From: Octopus vulgaris
Lineage: Eukaryota
DNA length: 64,000 bases
Assembly (NCBI GenBank): GCA_951406725.2
Contig: OX597832.1
Span: 67,828,001 to 67,892,000 of the forward strand
Direction: 5' to 3'
This document shows positions 55,100 to 64,000 of this stretch, piece after piece (within the stretch, counting starts at the first letter, position 1; each line of letters starts with the position of its first letter). Under the pieces are notes generated by a model. That model searched no databases. It was not told where the DNA came from and saw nothing but the letters and a program-made list of their open reading frames with translations. Position numbers and translations under genes: made by a program.

Positions 55100-55131
<32 letters not shown>

Positions 55132-55141
55132 CAACAACAAC

Positions 55142-55173
<32 letters not shown>

Positions 55174-55204
55174 CAACAACAATAATAATAATAATAATAA
55201 CAAC

Positions 55205-55268
<64 letters not shown>

Positions 55269-55299
55269 GTGGTAGTAGTAGTAACGACAACAACAAATC

Positions 55300-56255
55300 T
55301 TTTGTGCAAAAGATGGGCTGCAGCAAAAATGCTGCTCAATACCGCATAATTCCTGATCAGTTGCTTGTCCTTAAGCGGTTCAGTATATCATTGAATTGCT
55401 GACAATAATTGGTTAAAAAGATAAGCAGTGTTGGGGAGCATTGAACAATTCACCCCATCTTTAAACAACCCTTATTCAGGGACATTTTGAGAAGGATGAG
55501 CTACTCAGCCTCAAGAAAATTTTAACTGGGCCCCACCTGTAAAGTCATGCGTTATTTATCTGTATGTCACACACATGGTTTTAATGCATGTGCATTATCA
55601 GACAAGTAGTCATGTGTTTATTGTGCTTCCTATATTCATACCCAGCATCACTTTGATGACAATGTTGATGATGAAGATAACAATACTAAGAATAATAATA
55701 ATTTTTTATAATAGACAAATAAATAATAAATAAAGGCACTGGCTCGCATGGCTTCTGATCTTAACTGCCTGGAAGTGTTATGTACATATTTCGTCTTGGT
55801 ATAAAAGATGGGCTACAGCAAATATTCTTCTCAAAACCACAGATTTGTTTGTCAGTTGCTTGCCCTTAACCAGTTGAGCATGCTCCTTGGTGACTGACGA
55901 TATGTGCATCTCTGATCACAAGCAGAAGTAGTAGGGAAGCATCAGTCATGTGTTGGAAAGAATTCTTCGAGGTTTGACTAATTCACATTGGGTGTTTCGT
56001 TCAGCATCCTTAACCGTTATTCAAGGACTATTTGAGAGGAATGGGATACTCGACCTGATGAAAAGTCTACCTTGGCTCCACCTGCAAGGTCATGTGCTGT
56101 TTATTATGATATGAGATCACTTTGTCGCGCACATATCGTTGTGATGCATGTACCTGGTGTACTCTTATCAGGCAAGTAGTCATAATGGGTATACTGGACT
56201 TCGTATATTTTATCCCAGTGTCACTTAGATGGCATGCACTGCTCTCTCACTCTAT
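55300..56255. repeat. Two diverged copies of an interspersed repeat (about 55300-55660 and 55800-56255)
   Basis: Shared aaaagatgggct.cagcaaa, cagttgcttg.ccttaa, ccacctg.aa.gtcatg and caagtagtcat. Confidence 0.65.
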
Positions 56256-56264
56256 AATAATGAT

Positions 56265-56720
56265 AATGATTCAGTGCGACCATGAGAGAGAGAATAGGAA
56301 ACCAAACATAGTGTTAATCGAGAAAGAAAGCAAACGATGCTGGATCATAGATATAGCATGCTCAGCTGACAACAAGGTATGCGATAAGGAAGAAAAAGTC
56401 GAGAGTTATGACAGGTTAGTGTGGGAGGTAAAGCAGTTGTAGTCGATGAAGACGGTGGTAGGAGTACCTATAATTGTAAGAGCGCTGGAAGCAGTAACAT
56501 TCTTGAGAAGTACATGGAACAAATAGGGGCTGCATTAACGGTGGAGCACTTGAAGAAAGCAGCATCGCTTGGAACTGCTCAAATATACCGATGGTACTCG
56601 TATAAATATGACTTATTATTTTAGTTTACTTGTAGTGAACAGCTGACATGGTAGTACGTATATCTCTAGTGTTAGAAGCAGTTCAAAGAAAATAAATAAT
56701 AATAATAATAATAATAATAA
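56265..56720 (+). pseudogene. Restriction-like endonuclease fragment of another R4-type LINE, ending in (TAA)n
   Basis: IQCDH..ENRKPNIVLIEK..K.CWIIDIACSAD...KEEK..SYD.L. Confidence 0.7.
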
Positions 56721-59700
56721 TATCAACCATTACGACTAAGGAGAAAGAGAAGTAGGAGGATGAGAAGAATTTGCACAGCTATATTTTAATCTATGCCGCT
56801 TACGGTATCTTTAATTAAAACCGCTTCATAATGTTTTGCACAGGCCAGGAAATACATTACCTGCTCCTTACATATACGAATAATAATAATCCTTACTGCG
56901 CTATGAACAGGAATTCAGTACCTGTTTCTGATGAAGTTCGGTGACACAGAAACACGTGGCCCACTGTCCTACGAACTCATTCAAAACGCGGTTTGGTGTG
57001 TTTTTGCAAACACTGCCTATAAGGAGACTTTCTCTTGATTGTACACGGAATTGTTGCATATAGCTGTACAGAGGTTTATTTTAATTACGGCTACTTAGTG
57101 GACCTTAAAATAATTTAAGTAGTAGTATCAAGTAGTAGTAAATTAAAGTTGGTGAAAGACACGGCACGCTTGAAAGAAAAAAGAAACAGTAGCTTTAACA
57201 GAAATAAGTCTTCACATTTCTATACTTCGATACATTCAGACAAAATCTTCCTTTTTTTTGTGTGTGTCTGAGAAAATTTGTTCCTATACATCGGTGTAAA
57301 TTACAATAATTACTTGCCTCACAAAATTAGACAAAATTAGAGTTAACATAATTGATGTACTGAGAAACAAAAGCCTCTAGGCAGGAATATGTACGTAGGG
57401 GGGAAATTGTTTGTTTATTGCGTAATGATTTTATTAAATTTAGCAAATAGCGATAAGAATTTCCAGGTTTCGATAACCTTAGCACCCATTAGCAACACTT
57501 GGATTTCATCTTACTTTCTCAAGTAATGATTTGTTTTGAATTTGTTGATTTTTAAACCTAAATATAAAAACAAAATTGGAGCTAATTTCGAGGATGTACT
57601 TTCGAAGCCAATGATTTCATCTGAAAGTATGTGTTGAGTCTAAAGTAATTATCGCGCGGCAAACACTTATTAACCATTCAAATCACACAGAAAATTTGCG
57701 ATAGGATTGTATCTGTGACCAGGTTGCCGTTAGTGCGACAAGAATTTTGATAGCAAATAATAAATGCTTAACTTGAGTGAACACATATTTGAATTGTTAA
57801 GTCTTCCATACTGTAAATACTTACTGATACCCTTCCCACTACTTCAACACTACTTCATTCATGTTCACTGACAAAATCTGGCATTCATCTTTGAGTCTAA
57901 GAAATATCTCAGATCTCAGCAACACTCTTCGCAATCCATTACTGAGACGGTAAGTCTCTTTGATAAACGCCCAAAGTCCTTAGGTTCAATTGAATAAAAT
58001 ATCACGCAACTAATACGCATGGTGTTGCCCTCTGTCGTAAATTAATCTCTGGCCTGCTGACAATCTCCCTTCTTTGACTTTTCAATGCTGTGGTGGCCTC
58101 TCTTTCTGGGCGATACTCAGTTTCATGAGATCTCATTTCAGCCCCTCGTCACTCATTCCACATTTCGTGATCACAATTCTCCTATGCGCAAGGCTCTACA
58201 GTTATTTATCTTCACTTGGATATTAATCTCTGGAATCACCTTTACTTTACATGTGGCCTTCATGCTCATATTGTCTGGCAACAATTGAGCAGGAACCCTT
58301 CTTGCATTGATTTCAGCGGTATTGGATAAAATAAGACACTAAGGACACAGTTCTTTCCATGAGAGTAACACGCCCTCTTCAAATAATTCTAATAAACAAA
58401 ATGAAGATGCTTTGAAATTAAATAATTCAGAAATGTGTTTGTAAGAACAATAATTGCGTATTTGAAGTGTAGATGGTGTATTTTCTAAGTAAAAATAAGA
58501 GGCTTTAAATAACCGCCTGACTAATAAACGTAACTCTACAAGCATTCTGTCTGATGCAGTGGTGTACTTAGTCTGTGCTATTGGGAGTGGTCCTACGGTT
58601 TCCCACTCTCCCATGAAATGCATTTGATAATATATAAGAACATACATAGAAAACTGCCTCTTCACGTCTGCTGATTTAGAAAAATGAGCTGCTGTCCACT
58701 GGAACAACTTGGAGAAAGTGGCAGTGAGTATTTTCTAGAATAGTTTATAAAAGCACTTAGATAATACGTAAGTATTGTAGGAAATTCTGTTTTTGCAACT
58801 ACATTGGTGCCATTGCTTGCCTTGAGCTCTTAACTCAGTGAGAGGGATGTAGATGGCACCTTCATTATATACGGCATGTGTTGGATATTTAAAGACCTGG
58901 TGAAGCCCCTCATTTTCATTTGATAGAGAATTTGTAAACTTCCGGCTGATCTCAAATTTGAATGACGCCATAAAGTATTCCCATAAGAGGTGACGAGAGT
59001 CTGTGAAAATTGAAAGGGGGCGGGCAGTCTCTATTATTATAGCAAACGACAGATGCTTTCTAACTTTAAACTTGTTAAATAGTATAATGAAGAAACAATA
59101 ATTAATACAGATGAAAATTTATTTCTTAATCTCAATAAACTGGTGGGTAGACATCCCCAGAAATTATATTTATATTTTGAATCAGCTGATATTTCATAGT
59201 TTGAGATCAACAGATATATATCATGTCTGCTCCAAAGTGGCCAACCTGGGGTTAAAGAAAAACAATGCCATCAACCACTACAATATCGTAGACAATAAAT
59301 AGAGTGTGTTCTGTAATTTTATTGACGTATTCTCTACCTTATATATTTAACAGTCGGCATGATATCAAAGAGACACAGAACGTTTAGCTGCTTTGTTTTG
59401 TATTATCTTGTGATGATTTGTTCGGCTTTTGCTTGTTCAGGTTTGTTCTTTTTTTAAGAGTAACGACCACAATGTAGAACTTTTAATCAGTTGCCAAGCA
59501 ACCCTGGAATTTTGGAGCAACAGTTTAGCTATAATTTATTATTTCATGTCATGATTTGTCATGACATCACAAGAGTTTGACGTAGGAAACAAACGAACAG
59601 AAAATTGCAAACAAAATTTGTCTACATATGTCTGTTGGTGGGTATCTTCCAGTATTTATTTAATGCTGTTTCACCCTCTTTATTCCCTCTCTCTATCCCA

Positions 59701-59828
59701 TGTCTTTTCCCTCTCACTAATGAATACGTGCGCAGACACGAATGTACATGTGTAAAGGTATATATGTATATATAAATACACACACAATCATCTTCCCATC
59801 CCCATATATATATGTATATGCGTGTGTG

Positions 59829-59961
<133 letters not shown>

Positions 59962-61510
59962 TGATTGAAGAAGTCATCGTCGTCAAAGTTGGTATTGCCT
60001 TTTTGTTTTACGGATGAAGCAATATGAAATTCTTAACACCCTGTATCTAGATATCGGTCTGGAGTACTGCCCTGCATTATCCTCATTTTGTTGGTAACGT
60101 TTATCGGAGCTGGCAGCATCTTTTTCCTCATTGTTAAGATTGTTGTGTTCTTCAGTTTTAAAATTAATGTCAACTTTTTCAGCCTTATTGTACGCTTCCT
60201 CAAGTAACAGTTTAGCCGAGTCAAATTTTCTTTCGATACAATTACTTGAACTAAATCGATGTTCTTTAAAGGCTCTCCTCCTGACATTATCACCTCATTA
60301 GAAACACAAGTTAGTATTATTTAACCTCTTAAATAGTCATTCTCTATTTTCAATGTCTAGAGTGTCATAGAAAGTACAGATGAATCTTGTGTATTTCAAC
60401 GGTAAACTCTTTCTATGGGTACAAATCGCCGGCTACTTTTTTTTCCCAGATGATTTGTTTCATAGTATTTTTAACTGGCTCTTTGTTCATGCAAGATCTT
60501 ATTAGAAACTTGCATTGAAAAATTCTGTTCTTTCGGTTGTGGACCATTATTGGAACAAATTGACAGGCATTGATGGTCATGTATTCAATCGCTTATACAT
60601 TGAGAAAGGGAAACATTTGCTTGCATCTTAACAAGTGTTATACATCAAATTGTTGAACTGTGAGTGCATGATCATCAGCGTAGTTAGATATAAGTAAGCT
60701 CTGCTCACCTTATGATCTTTTCCATTCGGTTTGATGGTGAGGCATTTGTCTTTCAGGTTACGAAACCTGCAAAAGAGCTACATGTAAACGAATCTTTAAA
60801 GTTAGTCAGCTTCTTTCTAGCGAGGGAGCAGTCCACCCGAGCGCGGTTTCCTTAGGATGGTGATATTCTCTGTAGAAGAGAACACATACGCTTCTGAACA
60901 TATACATTTCGGAAGCCTTGTATAAACGTTAACAAGACCCTATTCTTCCAAATGTCTTTTATGTGCCTTATGTTTCTCTGGCTGCTTTGGTTGACCGTGT
61001 TCCCACATTGATCTCGTCTTACAGCGAATAAAAAAGGCTTCCGAAAGGCAATTCAGAGCCCTAACAGTTCCTAATCAAGGCTCCGTAGTTGCAGTTGTCG
61101 CTGGCCTTATTACGTTTTACAACCTCTACAGTGTTCACAGAACATTGAGCAACTGTCCTGATATCAACATTTTGATGCTGCCCCGGTAGATTTACGGTGC
61201 GTTGTATCCTTGAGCAAGACTCTTTATTTTAGGTTATTCCATTCCACTCAGCTGGCAAAAAGGAGTTACTTGAAATCCAAAGGGCCAGCATTACCACACT
61301 CTGTGCCATATCGAATCCCATTGAGAATTATGCTAAGAGTACGAGTATTCGTTGATCGGATCAACTGGAATAAGCGTCATCATAATCGACAGAATACCAT
61401 TTTGACGCCCAGCACAAATTAATCTGATACAAGGAACACTTTTCGAATATTCCTATGACTTTCATTCATCCCTGACAGCTAACATTTTCTCAGCTTCAAT
61501 TTTATTCTTT

Positions 61511-62227
61511 ACTAGCAGTATAGCCCGGCTTTGCTCGGGATTAAGTTAGAATTATTAAACTAATCAAGCTCTTTATTTCAAACCAAACTAAGTAACATCG
61601 ACGTCAAATTTGAGCGAAATCCGTTGAAATTGGTAAACTTTTGGCTGAAAATGAGTTGCTAACAATTTGATTGGGAGATCACATAAGGAATCGGTTTGTC
61701 GATTTTTTTTTTTCGTTTTTTGGAGAATTTAAAGCATTCAAAGATCCCACGAGTCCTAAGTAATGCTGGCATCAAATTTGAACAAAATACATCAAGATTG
61801 GTAAAAGTTCTGGTTGAGAATAGGGTGTAGCCGAGTTTAGTGGGAAGTCCTACAAGGAATCGGTTTGTCGATTTTTTATTTATCCTGATTAAATAGAAAA
61901 CCCTATAAGGAATCAGCTTATTGATTTTTCACTCGAAATAGGACTTAACAGAACACAACATTGCTGATTCAAAAACATCAATATTTATACTTTAAAGTTG
62001 GTTTTCATACCCAACCCAATTCTGCAGCTTCAGTGTCGCGACGGGAGCGCTTAGGTTGGGAGTTTGATCGGCAGAGGTGATCAGGTTGCATATGCCAACC
62101 CTTTTGAAAACACCACCCCATCATGTAAATCCCCTTTGCCTATGGGTTGGGAACCCTTCCAACAAAGAAAATAGAACGCCCAAAAGGGCACCCAGTCCTG
62201 TGTGTGCCCATATGTATGGGCAACACA

Positions 62228-62271
<44 letters not shown>

Positions 62272-62423
62272 TATTCGTACATACACCTATTTTCGAAACA
62301 TTGTTTACAAAATAATAGCTGATCGTTTGCGAAGGAGCGTGTCTCGAGCAACACACACACAGACACACACAAACATATACGTACATACACCTATTTTCGA
62401 AATTAAAAAATTTTTTTAATCTG

Positions 62424-62454
<31 letters not shown>

Positions 62455-62458
62455 GCTC

Positions 62459-62495
<37 letters not shown>

Positions 62496-62718
62496 TTACG
62501 CCGTCGCTAGAAGGGGACTTAACTCATATTTGCGAATGGCGTATTTCTACGACCTGAAATATGTTTAAAAGTTACGGCTCAAAATTATTTTTACCATTAT
62601 TCGCTGCTGCCTCGGGGGAAAATAATTTGACGAAAATACTGCTAGGATCGTGACGAACGTCCTCCTAAAATTTGAGCGACATGCGTGCTAATTTGTAGAC
62701 GTGCATAATTTACATTCA

Positions 62719-62779
<61 letters not shown>

Positions 62780-62845
62780 ACAAACACACACACACACATA
62801 CACACAAACACACACACACATCAAGCCTTTTATATATATACAGAT
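61511..62845 (-). mobile_element. Non-autonomous Helitron-like element
   Basis: Minus 3' end cccgagcaaagccggg hairpin plus CTAG-T. Minus 5' end TCtgtatatatataaaa followed by (TG)n. Internal repeats of about 170 bp. Confidence 0.6.
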
Positions 62846-63119
62846 GCTCCCTAATGCTGCTGAATGCTCGCCAATACATCGCGCTGTTCTTGAACAAAAA
62901 GACCAGAAGCAAATCGCCAAATATGGCCCCAACACCCTGTATATATAGCACCCGACACCCAAATTATAAGCCTGGTGCCTATCGTAGAAAGAAATATGTC
63001 ACTTATTACAAGGGATTAATATTATGTTACTTTTACAAATATATTCCGAATGTCTTATTTTTTCTTTCGGCTCTTAAACTGCGGGCATGCTAGGCAATAG
63101 CCTTAAAGAAATTTAACAG

Positions 63120-63410
63120 AACGAATCAATCACACAACTTATTTGCTTTTTAAGCCTGGAACTCATACAGAGGCATAAACACACCAACACCGGTTGTCAA
63201 GTGATGGTGGTGGATAAAACAGACAAATACACACACACACACACACACACACACATACGACGGGGCCTATTTCAGTCTCCGTCTACGAAATCCATTCACA
63301 AGTCTTTGGTGTGCACGAGACTGCAGTAGAAGACACTTGTCCAATGTACCACGCAATGGGACTGAATCCAGCACCATCTCACTGGTAAGCAAATTTCTTG
63401 TCACAAATAC
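63120..63410 (-). mobile_element. SINE (28511 family)
   Basis: ttcagtctccgtctacgaaatccattcacaag, gaagacacttgtcca, gggactgaa. Confidence 0.75.
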
Positions 63411-63599
63411 TCGCCTAAATTTTGAAAATTTTGCTTGCGGTTCAATTTTAAGTTTTTTTCTTTCCCGTTGATGCATTTTCACTTTTATTCTTTCTTTCCA
63501 TAAATTAAATTTTAATTCTCTGAACATAATTAAAGTTACATCGCGTAAAATAGATGCTGTATCTTTGTCTGTCTTACAGTCTGTCTCTCACTCTCTCTC

Positions 63600-64000
63600 T
63601 ATCTTATATATATAATATATATATTTATATATATAAAACTGAGATTGTGTGTCTGTCTGTGTGTTTCCCTAAAACTTGAGAACTACACAACCAATTCCAT
63701 TCAAATTTTACACATGCCTTACTTACGGTCCATGTAGTTTCATGGGCAAAAAATGTTCAACTTCTTGCCTAGAGCGAGCCCATAGCAATATCATATCTTC
63801 TCCACTATTTCAGTATTACGTGTTAAAAGTGAAACAAAAACGTTTCTCTATTTTATGTCAGATACTTTCACTTTAACAATAAAAATAATAATAACAATTG
63901 AATTATATGTAGTAAGTAATAATTAAAATCAAACTAAAGTAACATAACAAAAGTAAAAATAGCAATTGGTATAACATTGCATCAATGATTTGAACTTGAA
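63600..64000 (+). mobile_element. 5' part of a Helitron-like non-autonomous element (probably runs off the window)
   Basis: TC..atatatataaaactgagattgtgtgtctgtctg..aactacacaaccaattccattcaaatttt. Confidence 0.45.

Noticed and set aside
53769-55339. Poly-L/F/Y/I ORFs
   Set aside because: Antisense reading of (TAA)n and (GAA)n tracts.
56925-56965. CTGATGA...GAAACACGTGG
   Set aside because: No stem I or II, and no U at the cleavage triplet; at best a relic.
57820-58971. In-frame ORFs 58735-58971 and 58339-58707 as a host gene
   Set aside because: No recognisable domain and an internal stop. Adjacent sequence faintly resembles a decayed RTE LINE, but the evidence is too weak to call.
60030-60900. 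Possible pogo/Tigger transposase relic
   Set aside because: Only vague similarity; no motif could be read with confidence.

Overview
AT-rich eukaryotic non-coding DNA dense in microsatellites ((TA)n, (CA)n, (TAA)n, (GATA)n). The SINE repertoire suggests a cephalopod, probably Octopus (inference from recalled SINE sequences). No host protein-coding gene could be supported, and most listed ORFs are microsatellite artefacts. Recognisable contents: tRNA-derived SINEs, mariner/Tc1 relics and a MITE, a 5'-truncated CR1-like LINE, a cluster of Dong/R4-type LINEs in (TAA)n, Helitron-like non-autonomous elements, and fragments of three different Penelope-like elements (PLEs; RT plus GIY-YIG). The main observation is a dense set of small, mutually unrelated non-coding retroelements (about 200-430 nt units) in (TA)n tracts. 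Each carries a minimal type I hammerhead ribozyme (HHR) with a palindromic stem III. They occur as tails-out palindromes, circularly permuted units or tandem copies. One copy ends exactly at its predicted self-cleavage site, and two families use a compensated U3:A8 core. This looks like a PLE-driven, retrozyme-like RNA system. All ribozyme calls come from manual motif and pairing inspection; none was tested computationally or experimentally.
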